Source of the DNA: Bacilli bacterium
GTDB taxonomy: Bacteria; Bacillota_I; Bacilli_A; ML615J-28; CAG-698
Assembly (NCBI GenBank): GCA_050953065.1
Contig: JBMNLZ010000001.1
Coordinates: 224,001 to 288,000 of the forward strand
Direction: 5' to 3'
Length of the DNA stretch: 64,000 nucleotides
Part shown: piece by piece, positions 1 to 11,863 of the stretch
How positions within the stretch are numbered: position 1 is the first letter of the stretch
Layout of the letters: the number at the start of each line of letters is the position of its first letter
Program-made: the position numbers and the translations under genes
Notes under the pieces: generated by a model
What the model was told of the DNA's origin: nothing
Seen by the model: the letters and a program-made list of their open reading frames with translations, nothing else
The model's database searches: none

Positions 1-545
1 TCAGCAATTTCCGCAGGTGTTCTATAACCTACTGTGTCAGGCAAATTAATAGTATTAGCACCTGCATTAATTACTTCAGTTACAATTTTTGCTAGGAATA
101 CTAAATCAGTTCTACCAGCATCTTCTGCAGAGAACTCAATGTCCTTACATAATGATTTCCCATACTTTACCATCTCAACAGCTAAATCCAATACTTCTTC
201 AGGAGTTTTTTTAAGCTTATATTTCATATGAATATCTGAAGTCGCTATAAAAATATGAATTACTGGATGAACAGCATCTTTTGTTGCTTCATACGCAGCA
301 TCTATATCTTTTTTATTAGCCCTAGCTAAAGATGCGACAGCACATTTTTTTATAACCTTTGAAACAGCACTAATTGCTTCAAAATCTCCAGGTGAAGCAA
401 TTGCAAAACCTGCTTCGATCACATCAACACCAAGTGATTCTAGTTGCTTAGCTATTTCAATTTTTTCAGTTAAATTCATACTACATCCAGGAGCTTGCTC
501 GCCATCTCTTAGCGTAGTATCAAATATTCTTATTCTTCTTTCCAT
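1..545 (-). CDS. leuA: 2-isopropylmalate synthase, N-terminal part (runs off the window start)
   Basis: Not in the ORF track. Manual translation from ATG at 545 gives [20 protein letters not shown] (DRE-TIM motif), then ...[11 protein letters not shown]...EFSAEDA...PDTV. AGGTG SD upstream; follows ilvD. Confidence 0.93.
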   Translation of the reverse strand, partial: MERRIRIFDTTLRDGEQAPGCSMNLTEKIEIAKQLESLGVDVIEAGFAIASPGDFEAISAVSKVIKKCAVASLARANKKDIDAAYEATKDAVHPVIHIFIATSDIHMKYKLKKTPEEVLDLAVEMVKYGKSLCKDIEFSAEDAGRTDLVFLAKIVTEVINAGANTINLPDTVGYRTPAEIA

Positions 546-554
546 CTTATTCAC

Positions 555-2225
555 CTATTGTCTAAAAATAGCTCCTTTATCAGCTGAAGTTACCATTTTA
601 GAATATCTTTTTATATATCCAGTTAAATCAGTTTTTTCTTTTATTTTTATTTCTTTTTTACGTTTAGCGATTTCATCTTCTGATACTAATAATTCTATAC
701 TATAATTATTAATATCAATGCTAATAATATCTCCTTCTTTTACATATGCAATTAATCCACCTGCAGCAGCCTCAGGAGCTATATGACCAATTGCAGCTCC
801 GCGTGTTGCACCTGAAAAACGCCCATCTGTAATTAGAGCAACTTCTTTATCTAGCCCCATTCCAGCAATAGCTGAAGTTGGAGATAACATTTCTCGCATA
901 CCAGGCCCACCAGCAGGTCCTTCATATCTAATAACTACTATATCACCTGCTATTATCTTACCTGAATAAATTGCTTCAATCGCAGCTTCTTCAGAATCAA
1001 AAACTCTTGCCTTTCCTTTGTGTTTAAGCATTTCTGGAGCAACTGCACTTCTTTTTACAACAGCACCATTAGCAGCAATATTTCCAAACAAAACTGCTAA
1101 TCCGCCAGTATCTGAATAAGGTGAATCTATACTTCTTATTACGCCTTTGTTTAAAGAAGTAAATTTATAATTATCTAAATTCTCACCCATTTTTCTAGTT
1201 GATACAGTTAAAACTTTTAAATTTATTAATTTTTTCTTAATTAATTCTTGCATCACCGCATAAACCCCTCCTGCATCATTTAAATCTTGCATATGGTGAG
1301 GGCCAGCTGGTGCTAATTTACATAAATTAGGCGTTTTAGAGCTAACTTCATTAATAGTTTTCAAATCAATATTAACATTTGCTTCATTTGCAATAGCCAG
1401 TAAATGTAACACCGAATTAGTAGAACAACCTAATGCCATATCAACAGTAAGTGCATTATAAAATGCATCTAGTGTCATAATATCTTTTGGCTTGATATTA
1501 TTTTTATAAAGATTCATAATTTGCATACCCGTATTTTTAGCAAGCCTTATTCTTTCAGCCATTACTGCAGGGATTGTACCATTTCCTGGTAAAGCCATAC
1601 CTAAAGCTTCACATAAGCAGTTCATAGAATTAGCAGTAAACATCCCTGAACAAGATCCGCATGTAGGGCAAGCTCTGTTTTCAATGAATTCTAGTTCTTC
1701 TAAAGAGATTTTTCCTGCTTTATAAGAACCGATTGCTTCAAACACAGAATTTAAATCTAAAGATTTTGAACAGTCATCATTTAAAGAAAGCATCGGTCCA
1801 CCAGATACAAAAATCGAAGGAATATTTAATCTGGCAGCAGCCATTAACATACCTGGAATAATTTTATCGCAATTTGGTATAAAAACTAAAGCATCAAAGC
1901 AATGAGCTTGAACCATACATTCTACACTATCAGCAATTATTTCTCTTGAAGCAAGTGAATACTTCATTCCAGAATGGCCCATAGCTATTCCATCACAAAT
2001 ACCAATAACATTAAATTCCATTGGAGTACCACCATTCATTAAAATACCATCTTTAACTGCTCTAGCAATAAGTTGCAAATTAGAATGGCCAGGAACCACT
2101 TCATTATAAGAATTTACAATTCCTATAATTGGTCTATTAATTTGTTCATTAGTATAGCCGTTTGCCTTAATTAAAGATCTATGTGGTGAATGTTCTAAAC
2201 CTTCTTTAATATTCTTACTATTCAT
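555..2225 (-). CDS. ilvD: dihydroxy-acid dehydratase
   Basis: [36 protein letters not shown] and [11 protein letters not shown] motifs. Confidence 0.97.
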   Translation of the reverse strand: MNSKNIKEGLEHSPHRSLIKANGYTNEQINRPIIGIVNSYNEVVPGHSNLQLIARAVKDGILMNGGTPMEFNVIGICDGIAMGHSGMKYSLASREIIADSVECMVQAHCFDALVFIPNCDKIIPGMLMAAARLNIPSIFVSGGPMLSLNDDCSKSLDLNSVFEAIGSYKAGKISLEELEFIENRACPTCGSCSGMFTANSMNCLCEALGMALPGNGTIPAVMAERIRLAKNTGMQIMNLYKNNIKPKDIMTLDAFYNALTVDMALGCSTNSVLHLLAIANEANVNIDLKTINEVSSKTPNLCKLAPAGPHHMQDLNDAGGVYAVMQELIKKKLINLKVLTVSTRKMGENLDNYKFTSLNKGVIRSIDSPYSDTGGLAVLFGNIAANGAVVKRSAVAPEMLKHKGKARVFDSEEAAIEAIYSGKIIAGDIVVIRYEGPAGGPGMREMLSPTSAIAGMGLDKEVALITDGRFSGATRGAAIGHIAPEAAAGGLIAYVKEGDIISIDINNYSIELLVSEDEIAKRKKEIKIKEKTDLTGYIKRYSKMVTSADKGAIFRQ

Positions 2226-2236
2226 ATAAACCTCTT

Positions 2237-3235
<999 letters not shown>

Positions 3236-3262
3236 TTATTTCTCCTTTTTATTTATATATAA

Positions 3263-3757
3263 TTATAAAATTTCTTTTCCATAATTTAATGCTAGAGCAC
3301 CAGCTCTACACATTTCTAAAATTCCGAATTCTTTTGCTTCTTCGATAAATTTTTCATTCGCAATAATATCTTCAGTTAACTCTACTGATATTGATTCTTC
3401 ACTAAAATCAACAATTCTACCACTATATTTGTTAACTAGATTATTAATCAAAATATTTTTCCCATCTTTAATTTTAATCTTAACAAGAACATGTTCTCTA
3501 ACTAAACTATTATCTAACTCTAAAATTTTAACTTTTTTTACATCATATAGTTTAAGTAATTGCTTTGAAATTTGTTCTTTTACATAATCATCACCATATA
3601 CCAAAATAGTCATTCTAGAATATTTTGAATTTTCTATTGGTCCAACAGCTAGACTTTCAATATTATAACCTCTTCTAGCAAACAAACCTGCTACCCTAGT
3701 TAATACACCAAACTGGTTTGAAACTAATGCAGATATAATAAATTTATTATTTTCCAT
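3263..3757 (-). CDS. ilvN: acetolactate synthase small (regulatory, ACT) subunit
   Basis: N-x-xGVLTRVAGLFARRGYNIESL motif; lies between ilvB and ilvC. Confidence 0.95.
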   Translation of the reverse strand: MENNKFIISALVSNQFGVLTRVAGLFARRGYNIESLAVGPIENSKYSRMTILVYGDDYVKEQISKQLLKLYDVKKVKILELDNSLVREHVLVKIKIKDGKNILINNLVNKYSGRIVDFSEESISVELTEDIIANEKFIEEAKEFGILEMCRAGALALNYGKEIL

Positions 3758-3764
3758 AAGTGCC

Positions 3765-5435
3765 TCACTTTACTATCATATCATTGATGCTTCCACCAGG
3801 AGGAATCATAGGTAACACTCTATCATCTTTATCAACAACACAATCAATTACAACTGGTGATTCAGTATTTATACACTCTTTAACTATATAATTTAATTCA
3901 TTTAGAGTAGTCGCTCTATAACCTCTCGCCCCAAAAGCTTCAGCTAATTTAACAAAATCTGTCTTTCTATCTAGAATAGTTGAAGAATATCTCTTTTCAT
4001 AAAAAGATGTTTGCCACTGCCTAACCATCCCTAAAACATTATTGTTAATTATAACAACTATTAAAGGTAATTTTTGTGAAACAGCAGTCGCAAGTTCATT
4101 CAAATTCATTCCGAAACTTCCATCTCCTGTAAATAAAATTGTTCTTTTATAATTCTTTCCAATGCAACTTCCTATAGCTGCTCCCATTCCAAAGCCCATA
4201 GTTCCTAGTCCTCCCGAAGTAATTAAAGTTCTAGGTTTTTGAAATTTATAATATTGAACAGCCCACATTTGATGTTGCCCTACATCTGTAACAATATTTG
4301 TTTCATCATCTGTATATTTATTAATAGTTTGAATTATATTTTTTGCTACCATCAAATCGTTTTGAGGATCATTTTTTTCTTGCTCTTTTTTATAACCATC
4401 TACTTCTTCTAGCCATGCCTTATTTTCAATTTTAGGTGTTTTAGAAATTAGTTTCTTAAGTATTTCAAAAACATCCCCAGACATCCCTACATCAGGTTTA
4501 ATGTTTTTTCCAATCTCAGCAGGATCTATATCAATATGTATTATTGAAGTATTTTTAGTATATGCATCTTTATCTCCAGTAGCCCTATCGCTAAATCTAA
4601 CACCTACTGCTATTATAAGGTCAGATTTTGCATGAGCCATTGAAGAAACATATTTTCCATGCATCCCTGTCATTCCTAAATTGTTTTTATATGAATTTGG
4701 AATTGCTGAAAGCCCCATCATGCTAGTGCCTATTACAGCATCAATTTTATCAGCAAATTCAATTAAAAGTTGACCTGAATTAGATAATACAGCACCTCCA
4801 CCACAATAAATATATGGCTTTTTTGCTTTTTTTATTAACTCAACTGCTTTATCTATTTTAGCATCACTAAAATCAACAGTTCTTTTATCATCAATAACAG
4901 GTTTTTTTAAATTTCCATCATATTCGCACATTCCAGACTGAACATCTTTTGGTATATCTATTAATACTGGTCCAGGTCTTCCAGATGAAGCTATTGCAAA
5001 AGCTGTATTTACAGTATCAGCTAACTCTTCTATGTCTTTAATCATAAAACTATGTTTTACAATTGGCATAGTTACACCAACTATATCTACTTCTTGAAAA
5101 GTATCTTTTCCTAATAAAGTAGTTGCAACATTTCCAGTAATAACAACCATAGGTGTAGAATCAAGAAATGCATTAGCTATACCTGTAACTAAATTAGTAG
5201 CTCCTGGTCCTGATGTTGCAAAAACAACTGCTGTTTTACCAGTTACTCTTGCATAACCATCAGCAGCATGAGCTGCTCCTTGTTCATGTGCAGTTAGAAC
5301 ATGCTTTATATAATCTCTTTTTTTGTATAAAGCATCATATATAAATAAAACACTCCCACCAGGGTAACCAAAAATAGTATCTACTTTATTTTTTATCAAA
5401 ACTTCAATTAAAATTTCTGCTCCGTTTAATTGCAT
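3765..5435 (-). CDS. ilvB: acetolactate synthase large subunit
   Basis: FGYPGG, HEQGAAHAADGYAR, TSGPGATN and GDGSF..N TPP motifs. Start refined to ATG 5435 (MQLNGAE), 5 nt after AAGGAGG. Confidence 0.96.
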   Translation of the reverse strand: MQLNGAEILIEVLIKNKVDTIFGYPGGSVLFIYDALYKKRDYIKHVLTAHEQGAAHAADGYARVTGKTAVVFATSGPGATNLVTGIANAFLDSTPMVVITGNVATTLLGKDTFQEVDIVGVTMPIVKHSFMIKDIEELADTVNTAFAIASSGRPGPVLIDIPKDVQSGMCEYDGNLKKPVIDDKRTVDFSDAKIDKAVELIKKAKKPYIYCGGGAVLSNSGQLLIEFADKIDAVIGTSMMGLSAIPNSYKNNLGMTGMHGKYVSSMAHAKSDLIIAVGVRFSDRATGDKDAYTKNTSIIHIDIDPAEIGKNIKPDVGMSGDVFEILKKLISKTPKIENKAWLEEVDGYKKEQEKNDPQNDLMVAKNIIQTINKYTDDETNIVTDVGQHQMWAVQYYKFQKPRTLITSGGLGTMGFGMGAAIGSCIGKNYKRTILFTGDGSFGMNLNELATAVSQKLPLIVVIINNNVLGMVRQWQTSFYEKRYSSTILDRKTDFVKLAEAFGARGYRATTLNELNYIVKECINTESPVVIDCVVDKDDRVLPMIPPGGSINDMIVK

Positions 5436-5451
5436 ATATGCCTCCTTATTT

Positions 5452-5487
5452 AAAAAACCTTGATATTCAAAACAATAATCAAGGTTT
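5452..5487 (-). terminator. terminator-like hairpin in the ilvB leader (possible attenuator)
   Basis: Minus strand AAACCTTGAT-n-ATCAAGGTTT followed by a T-run, directly upstream of the ilvB SD. Confidence 0.55.
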
Positions 5488-5551
5488 ACCCAAAACAAAT
5501 TAAATTATTTTTCTCATAAAAAGTAACCAAAATATTGAATGATTACAAAAT

Positions 5552-5580
5552 ATATTACCATAAAACATGAAAAAAGTCAA
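5552..5580 (-). promoter_or_regulatory. sigmaA promoter of the ilv-leu operon
   Basis: TTGACT-17 nt-TAATAT with a TG extended -10. Confidence 0.65.
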
Positions 5581-5669
5581 TACATCAGTGTATATTTACT
5601 TTATTAATAATATTCATTTGATTTTTTAAATTTTTATGATAAAATTATTTTAACCAAAGGAGACTAACT

Positions 5670-6542
5670 ATGAAAAAAAATTTGTTAGAATTAGTCGGAA
5701 ATACACCGATTCTTTTTCATAATAATTTATATTTAAAACTAGAATCTTTTAACCTTGCTGGCTCAATCAAGGATAGAGTTGTTTTAAATATAATAAATCA
5801 ACTTGAAAAAGATGAATATTTACAGCCTGGAGACACTATAATTGAAGCTACAAGTGGTAATACAGGCATTGCATTAGCACTAATTGGGAAAATAAAAGGA
5901 TATAATGTAACAATTGTAATGCCTGAAAATATGAGTGATGAAAGAAAAAAATTAATTGCCTCTTATGGTGCTAAATTAGTATTAACTCCAAAAAATTTTG
6001 GAATGAATGGGGCAATACTAACAGCTGAAAAATTATTAAAAGACAATAGTTATAAATCATTAAACCAATTTTCCAGTAAATACAATGTTGAAACACATGA
6101 ATTATTTACTGGTCCTGAAATATTAAAAGAATTTGATAGTTTAGATGTTTTAGTTTGCGGAATTGGAACTGGTGGTACTATTGTAGGACTGTCTAATTTT
6201 TTAAAAAAACATTTTAAAAATTTAAAAGTTATTGGAGTAGAACCTTTTGAATCCAGTATAATTAGCACAGGTAAAAAAGGACCTCACCAAATTCAAGGTA
6301 TAGGAGCAGGCTTTATTCCAAAAATTCTAGATCTCAAATCTATAGATCAAATAATAAGAGTAAAATCAGAAGATGCAATTTCAAAAACAAAAAAATTAAT
6401 TTCTGAAGGTTTATCCATAGGTATTTCTAGTGGTGCAGCAATTTGCGCAGCTGAAGAAATAGAAAAAGATAATAAAAATAAAAAAATTTTAGTGATTTGT
6501 CCTGACAATCACTTAAAATATGTGAGTGTGTTATATGAGTAG
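5670..6542 (+). CDS. cysK: cysteine synthase A
   Basis: GSIKDR PLP lysine, [23 protein letters not shown]. Confidence 0.95.
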   Translation: MKKNLLELVGNTPILFHNNLYLKLESFNLAGSIKDRVVLNIINQLEKDEYLQPGDTIIEATSGNTGIALALIGKIKGYNVTIVMPENMSDERKKLIASYGAKLVLTPKNFGMNGAILTAEKLLKDNSYKSLNQFSSKYNVETHELFTGPEILKEFDSLDVLVCGIGTGGTIVGLSNFLKKHFKNLKVIGVEPFESSIISTGKKGPHQIQGIGAGFIPKILDLKSIDQIIRVKSEDAISKTKKLISEGLSIGISSGAAICAAEEIEKDNKNKKILVICPDNHLKYVSVLYE

Positions 6543-7035
6543 ATATTTTAAATCCATACGAGAAAGAGACCCTGCAGCTAGACATTTTTTACAAATAATT
6601 TTATGTTACCCAGGAGTACAAGCTATGTTTTGGTATAGAATAGCAAGGTTCTTCTATGTAATTAAGTTAAAACTTATCGGTGAATTTATTATGTATATAG
6701 TAAGGTGTGCTTTAAGTATTGAAATTCATCCTGGAGCTAAAATTGGTAAAAGGCTGTTTATTGATCATGGAACTGGAGTTGTAATTGGTTCTACTTCCAT
6801 AATAGGAAATGATTGTACAATTTACCAAGGCGTTACTTTAGGAGGGACCGGAAAAGATAAAGTCAAAAGACATCCAACTTTAGGTAACAATGTAATGGTA
6901 GGGGCTGGAGCAAAAGTTTTAGGTAATATTGTAATTGGTGACAATGTTAAAATTGGTGCGAATACTGTTGTCTTACACAGCATTCAAAGCGATCAAACAG
7001 TTGTTGGTATTAAGGGAAAAGAAGTTATTAAGTAA
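6535..7035 (+). CDS. cysE: serine O-acetyltransferase
   Basis: [26 protein letters not shown] hexapeptide repeats. Start placed at ATG 6535, overlapping the cysK end. Confidence 0.95.
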   Translation: MSRYFKSIRERDPAARHFLQIILCYPGVQAMFWYRIARFFYVIKLKLIGEFIMYIVRCALSIEIHPGAKIGKRLFIDHGTGVVIGSTSIIGNDCTIYQGVTLGGTGKDKVKRHPTLGNNVMVGAGAKVLGNIVIGDNVKIGANTVVLHSIQSDQTVVGIKGKEVIK

Positions 7036-7055
7036 CTTAAATTATAATTGCAAAC

Positions 7056-7090
7056 AAAAAAGGCTTTATAGAAAAATCTATAAAGCCTTT
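7056..7090. terminator. bidirectional rho-independent terminator
   Basis: AAAGGCTTTATAGA-AAAA-TCTATAAAGCCTTT inverted repeat between convergent genes. Confidence 0.85.
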
Positions 7091-7102
7091 AATTATTATC
7101 TT

Positions 7103-9502
7103 TTATTCTGATAATGGAGTAAATTTAGCATATAATGTAACTCCACCAGTAACAGTATAAGGGAACGTTACCGCACTTTCTGGAGAGAAAGTACTGCTTC
7201 TAAACCATCCATCAAAAGTGTATCCAGCTTTAATAGGATCAGTTGGTTTAGCAAATTCAGCGCCTTCTTTAACACTATATTGTTCTGAAGTATCTTCATC
7301 AATTCTCAATGTAACTGTATAAGTAGGAATTTGAATTTTTTGTAAAGTAAACTTAGTAGTAGTTGAGAAATGAGCTTCCTTTGCTAAATTGAATGCTGGA
7401 TTATCATCAAGGTAACGAGCTAACCAAATAAACTCACCAGCTTCTAAAGTAACAACTGTAGTTAAATCAGTATATACTCCTTTAAGAGTTCCATCAGCTT
7501 TTGCTACAACTGCTAATCTAACTGCATTAGGACCACACGCTTGATTTATTTCAAATGAAATACTTTCAGGACCATCATTAAGAATTGCAGAACCTGCAGA
7601 ACTCCATGATGTACTAGCTGTAGTTGTCAACACTGAGAAATCAACAGTTCCACTCTTACCACTTACAACCACAACTGCATTAATTTGGAATAATACATCA
7701 GTTTTTACAGTATCACCTGCAGTATAAACTTTTGTCATAGTCCATCCATTCCAATGAGTTTCTTTAACATATGCAGATAAGTCATGATAGAATAAACCAC
7801 CTTCACCGCGATCTAACATACCAAAATTGATAGTAACTTCTTCAAATTTAGTAGTAACTGTTTTATGCGTTGCAACTAAAACAATTTCTTTAACTGAAAA
7901 TACATTCTTTAATAATTTTCCAGTTGTAACATCAAATACAGTTGCATCTTCACCATCTTTTAATGACCAAGTAACTGTGTTAGGCATTTCAATATCATCA
8001 GTGATTCTTGTTCCTAATGCTTCAATAGCTGCAAATATAACTTGGAAATCTGGATCATTTAATTTTTCAATTCTAGCAACTGCTGCTTCAAGTACAGCAT
8101 AATTACTTACTAAAGCTTTTTGATCTGCTGTCAACGCATTATATGCAGTTGTAGCAGTTTCAACATCAGTTTCATCAGCTAAACTAACTGGAACTGGCAA
8201 ATCAGAAATTAAATCTGCAACTGCATTTGCTGCTGCTAAATCTGCAGCATATTTTTCCATTACTTCTACCATTTTTTCTTCTGCTGCAACCAATGCATCT
8301 ACTTTAGCTTGAGCAACTAAAGATTTTTGCGAAACTGTTAGTGCATTATATGCTGCTCTTGCAGCTTTAACTTCATCATCATCTTCATAAGTTAAAGTTT
8401 CTACAGCAGGTAAAGCATCAATTAATGCAACTACTGCATCTGCTGCTACTTGATTTAATAATTGTTGAATATAAGCTTCAGTTATAACTAATGTATCTAC
8501 TTTATCTTGAGCAACTAAAGCTTTTTGTGAAGCTGTTAATGCTTCATACGCTGCTCTTGCTGCTTCAACTTCATCTTGTTCATCCAATGTTATTGTTTCA
8601 GGAAAAGCATCAATTAATGCTACTACTGCATCTGCTGCTGCTTGATCTAATAATTCTTGCAAATCTGCTTCTGCTGCAACTAATGCATCTACTTTAGCTT
8701 GAGCAACTAATTCTTTTTGTGAAGCTTTTAGTGCATTATATGCTGCTCTTGCCGCAGTAACTGCTGCTTCATCTGTTAAAGCAATTGTTGCTGGCAATGC
8801 ATCAATTAAAGCTACTACTGCATCTGCTGCTGCTTGATCTAATAATACTTGTAAATCTGCTTCTGCTGCAACTAATACATCTACTTTAGCTTGAGCTACT
8901 AATTCCTTTTGTGCATCTGTTAATGCATCATACGCTGCTCTTGCTGCAGTAATTGCTGCTTGATTATCTAAAGTTATTGTAGCAGGTAAAGCTTCAATTA
9001 AGTCTACTACTGTGTCAGCTGCTGCTTGATTAGCTGCCTCTTGATCTCCAGCAGCATCTTTTAAATCTTCTAAATCTTCTTCAGCATTTTCTAATTTTTG
9101 TCTTAAAGCATTACTAATTAGAATTTGTTGAGCTCTAGTTAATGCATCATATGCTGTTCTTGCTGCTACAATAGCATCCTCATCCTCTAAGGTAACAATA
9201 GCAGGCAAAGCATCAATAAGAGCAATTACTGGATTTGCTGCACCTTGATTAACTATAGTAGCTAATGCTCTTTCAGCATTTTCTAAATCTACATAATTCT
9301 TTACTAATTCCTTTTGGGCATCTGTTAATGCATCATATGCTGCTCTTGCTGCTACGATAGCATCTTCTGCTTCTAAAGTAACTGTTTCAGCAATTAAGTC
9401 AATTAAATCATCAACTTCTTTTGCTGCATCAGCATTTTTGTTACCACAGCCATATAGGCCTAGAACAAAAAACATTAAAATAACGATTAAAATTTTCTTC
9501 AT
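7103..9502 (-). CDS. surface lipoprotein with 7 Ala-rich helical repeats and a C-terminal InlB B-repeat (Flg_new-like) domain
   Basis: Signal peptide plus lipobox LYGC; repeats ...IDALP.TITL..E.A..AARAAY.ALT..QK.LV; C-terminal P.DP.KAGYTFDGWF...TLYAKF. Confidence 0.85.
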   Translation of the reverse strand: MKKILIVILMFFVLGLYGCGNKNADAAKEVDDLIDLIAETVTLEAEDAIVAARAAYDALTDAQKELVKNYVDLENAERALATIVNQGAANPVIALIDALPAIVTLEDEDAIVAARTAYDALTRAQQILISNALRQKLENAEEDLEDLKDAAGDQEAANQAAADTVVDLIEALPATITLDNQAAITAARAAYDALTDAQKELVAQAKVDVLVAAEADLQVLLDQAAADAVVALIDALPATIALTDEAAVTAARAAYNALKASQKELVAQAKVDALVAAEADLQELLDQAAADAVVALIDAFPETITLDEQDEVEAARAAYEALTASQKALVAQDKVDTLVITEAYIQQLLNQVAADAVVALIDALPAVETLTYEDDDEVKAARAAYNALTVSQKSLVAQAKVDALVAAEEKMVEVMEKYAADLAAANAVADLISDLPVPVSLADETDVETATTAYNALTADQKALVSNYAVLEAAVARIEKLNDPDFQVIFAAIEALGTRITDDIEMPNTVTWSLKDGEDATVFDVTTGKLLKNVFSVKEIVLVATHKTVTTKFEEVTINFGMLDRGEGGLFYHDLSAYVKETHWNGWTMTKVYTAGDTVKTDVLFQINAVVVVSGKSGTVDFSVLTTTASTSWSSAGSAILNDGPESISFEINQACGPNAVRLAVVAKADGTLKGVYTDLTTVVTLEAGEFIWLARYLDDNPAFNLAKEAHFSTTTKFTLQKIQIPTYTVTLRIDEDTSEQYSVKEGAEFAKPTDPIKAGYTFDGWFRSSTFSPESAVTFPYTVTGGVTLYAKFTPLSE
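8060..9430 (-). repeat. intragenic degenerate tandem repeat, about 192 bp (64 aa) x7
   Basis: GCATCTGCTGCT anchor recurs at 8436, 8628 and 8820 (192-bp spacing); seven protein units. Confidence 0.9.
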
Positions 9503-9534
9503 TTTTTAGTCTCCTTTTCACCTAAATTTACTTA

Positions 9535-9563
9535 ATTATACCATAAAAATACAAATCATTCAA
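9535..9563 (-). promoter_or_regulatory. sigmaA promoter of the repeat lipoprotein gene
   Basis: TTGAAT-17 nt-TATAAT with TG extension. Confidence 0.7.
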
Positions 9564-9583
9564 CAATAACTTATAAAAAAATA

Positions 9584-9613
9584 AAACGCAATAAAAATAT
9601 TGCGTTTGTTTTT
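9584..9613 (-). terminator. rho-independent terminator downstream of rubrerythrin
   Basis: AAACGCAATA-AAAA-TATTGCGTTT flanked by A/T runs. Confidence 0.75.
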
Positions 9614-10147
9614 TTAATAATTAGTACATTTTAATTCAAAATAGGCTCTAGGATGTGCACAAACAGGACATACTAAAGGTGCTTCTTCCCCAGTGTGGAT
9701 GTGCCCACAGTTTCTACAGAACCAAACAACTTTAGATGTTTTTGCAAATACACTACCATCATTTATATTTTCTAACAATTTAAGATATCTAGCTTCATGT
9801 GTTTTTTCAACAGCTGCTACTCCTCTAAACTGACTAGCAATTTTTACAAAACCTTCTTCTTCAGCTACTTTAGCAAATTCTGCATACATTTTAGTCCATT
9901 CATAGTTTTCGCCTTCAGCCGCTTTTTTTAAATTTGCCTTTGTATCTCCTAATTCCTGTAATGCTTTAAACCAAAGTTTTGCATGTTCCTTTTCATGTAA
10001 AGATGTTTCCATAAAAATGGCAGCAATTTGTTCATATCCCTCTTTTTTTGCAACACTTGCGAAATAATCATACTTATTTCTAGCTTCTGATTCACCACTA
10101 AATGCGGTCCATAAATTTTTTTCTGTTTTACTTCCTTTAAATTCCAT
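9614..10147 (-). CDS. rbr: rubrerythrin
   Basis: [12 protein letters not shown] and E..H diiron ligands; C-terminal CRNCG...CPVC rubredoxin-like site. Confidence 0.95.
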   Translation of the reverse strand: MEFKGSKTEKNLWTAFSGESEARNKYDYFASVAKKEGYEQIAAIFMETSLHEKEHAKLWFKALQELGDTKANLKKAAEGENYEWTKMYAEFAKVAEEEGFVKIASQFRGVAAVEKTHEARYLKLLENINDGSVFAKTSKVVWFCRNCGHIHTGEEAPLVCPVCAHPRAYFELKCTNY

Positions 10148-10216
10148 AAAATACCTCCATTTTTTATTTTACTATAACTATTTTTTTTAGTCAAGGAATA
10201 TACATTTTGATTATTT

Positions 10217-10254
10217 TATAAAAAACATATCTTAAAAAAGATATGCTTTTTATA
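10217..10254 (-). terminator. rho-independent terminator downstream of gap
   Basis: TATAAAAAACATATCTT / AAGATATGCTTTTTATA imperfect inverted repeat. Confidence 0.7.
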
Positions 10255-10258
10255 GAAA

Positions 10259-11272
10259 CTATTTTACTTGACCAGCAATAAATTTTGCAGTTCTGATTAA
10301 TTGAGCTGTATAACTCATTTCATTATCATACCACATAATTACTTTTGCAAGTTGTTTTCCATCAACTTCCATAACTTTAGTACATGCAGCATCAAACAAT
10401 GCACCTTCAGTGATACCAATAACATCAGTTGATACGATTGGATCTTCAGTATAACCTAAAGTTTCATTAGCAGCAGCTTTGATAGCAGCATTAATTTCTT
10501 CAGCAGTTACTTTCTTAGCAGGTTCAAAAACTAAATCCACAACAGAACCTGTAATTGTAGGAACTCTTAAAGCCATTCCATCTAATTTTCCTCTTAATTC
10601 TGGTAATACTTGACCAACTGCAACCGCAGCACCAGTAGTTGTAGGAACTATATTAGCAGCAGCAGCTCTAGTTCTACGAGAATGAATTCCCGCTCTATGA
10701 GGACCATCTAAAGTATTTTGATCATTAGTATAAGCATGAACAGTTGTCATCAAACCTTTAATGATTCCAAATTTATCATTAAGTACTTTAGCAACAGGCG
10801 CTAAACAATTCGTAGTACATGATGCTCCAGAAACTACTGTTTCTGACCCATCTAAAGTCTTATGATTAACATTATAAACGATTGTTTTAATATCACCTTT
10901 TCCAGGAGCAGAAATAATTACTTTTTTAGCTCCTGCAGCGATATGTGCTTCTGCAGCTTCTTTCTTAGTAAAGAAACCAGTACATTCAAGTACAACATCA
11001 ACACCTAATTCTTTCCAAGGTAAGAAGTTAGGATCTTTTTGAGCATAAACATTAATTTCTTTTCCATCAACAATGATAGCTCCTTCTTTTGAACTAATTG
11101 AATCTGCTTTATATCTTCCTTGAGCAGAGTCATACTTTAATAAGTACGCTAAATCTTCAGCCCCAGTTAAATCATTTAAGGCAACGATATCAAAATCTTT
11201 ATCCCCAAACATTAATCTAAAAGCTAATCTTCCAATACGACCAAAACCATTAATTGCAATTTTTACAGCCAT
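10259..11272 (-). CDS. gap: type I glyceraldehyde-3-phosphate dehydrogenase
   Basis: [24 protein letters not shown]. Confidence 0.98.
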   Translation of the reverse strand: MAVKIAINGFGRIGRLAFRLMFGDKDFDIVALNDLTGAEDLAYLLKYDSAQGRYKADSISSKEGAIIVDGKEINVYAQKDPNFLPWKELGVDVVLECTGFFTKKEAAEAHIAAGAKKVIISAPGKGDIKTIVYNVNHKTLDGSETVVSGASCTTNCLAPVAKVLNDKFGIIKGLMTTVHAYTNDQNTLDGPHRAGIHSRRTRAAAANIVPTTTGAAVAVGQVLPELRGKLDGMALRVPTITGSVVDLVFEPAKKVTAEEINAAIKAAANETLGYTEDPIVSTDVIGITEGALFDAACTKVMEVDGKQLAKVIMWYDNEMSYTAQLIRTAKFIAGQVK

Positions 11273-11313
11273 TTTTTATTTTCCTCCTTTAATGAACTAT
11301 AAATTTCATATAT

Positions 11314-11342
11314 ATATTACCACTTTGTGGTCTTATATTCAA
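11314..11342 (-). promoter_or_regulatory. sigmaA promoter of gap
   Basis: TTGAAT-17 nt-TAATAT with TG extension. Confidence 0.65.
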
Positions 11343-11365
11343 TTATTTTTATTTGTAAAACGTTA

Positions 11366-11800
11366 TCAGTTTTTTACGACCAAACTTTCTAAAGCTTCTT
11401 TATAACTTGCGAATCCTTTTCCAAAAAATCTAAAATTAACAACTCCTTCTAAAACAGATGTTTTACGGAAATCATCTCTTTTAGAAATATCAGACAAATG
11501 AACTTCAATCGTTTTAATATTTACAGAAGCAATTGCATCTCTAATACTATACGAGTAATGTGTAAAAGCTCCCGGATTTATGATGATTCCATCAACTTTA
11601 TCAAAATAAGCTTTTTGAATCTTATCAACAATAACTCCTTCATGATTTGATTGAAAAATTTCAATTTCTGAAATATTTAATTTTTTAGAAATATCTTGAA
11701 TATATTGTTCTAAGTCTTTATACGTTTTACTGCCATAAATTTCTGGTTCTCTAATACCAAGCATATTTAAATTTGGACCGTTTATAACTAAAATTTTCAT
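11366..11800 (-). CDS. aroQ: type II 3-dehydroquinate dehydratase
   Basis: NGPNLNMLGIREPEIYG, QSNHEG, NPGAFTH, EVHLS. Confidence 0.96.
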   Translation of the reverse strand: MKILVINGPNLNMLGIREPEIYGSKTYKDLEQYIQDISKKLNISEIEIFQSNHEGVIVDKIQKAYFDKVDGIIINPGAFTHYSYSIRDAIASVNIKTIEVHLSDISKRDDFRKTSVLEGVVNFRFFGKGFASYKEALESLVVKN

Positions 11801-11826
11801 ATACCACCTTTAAATAGTAAACATTT

Positions 11827-11853
11827 AAAAAGTCTTGTTTAAGCAAGACTTTT
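11827..11853 (-). terminator. rho-independent terminator
   Basis: AAAAGTCTTG-TTTAAG-CAAGACTTTT. Confidence 0.75.
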
Positions 11854-11863
11854 TAATAACTTT

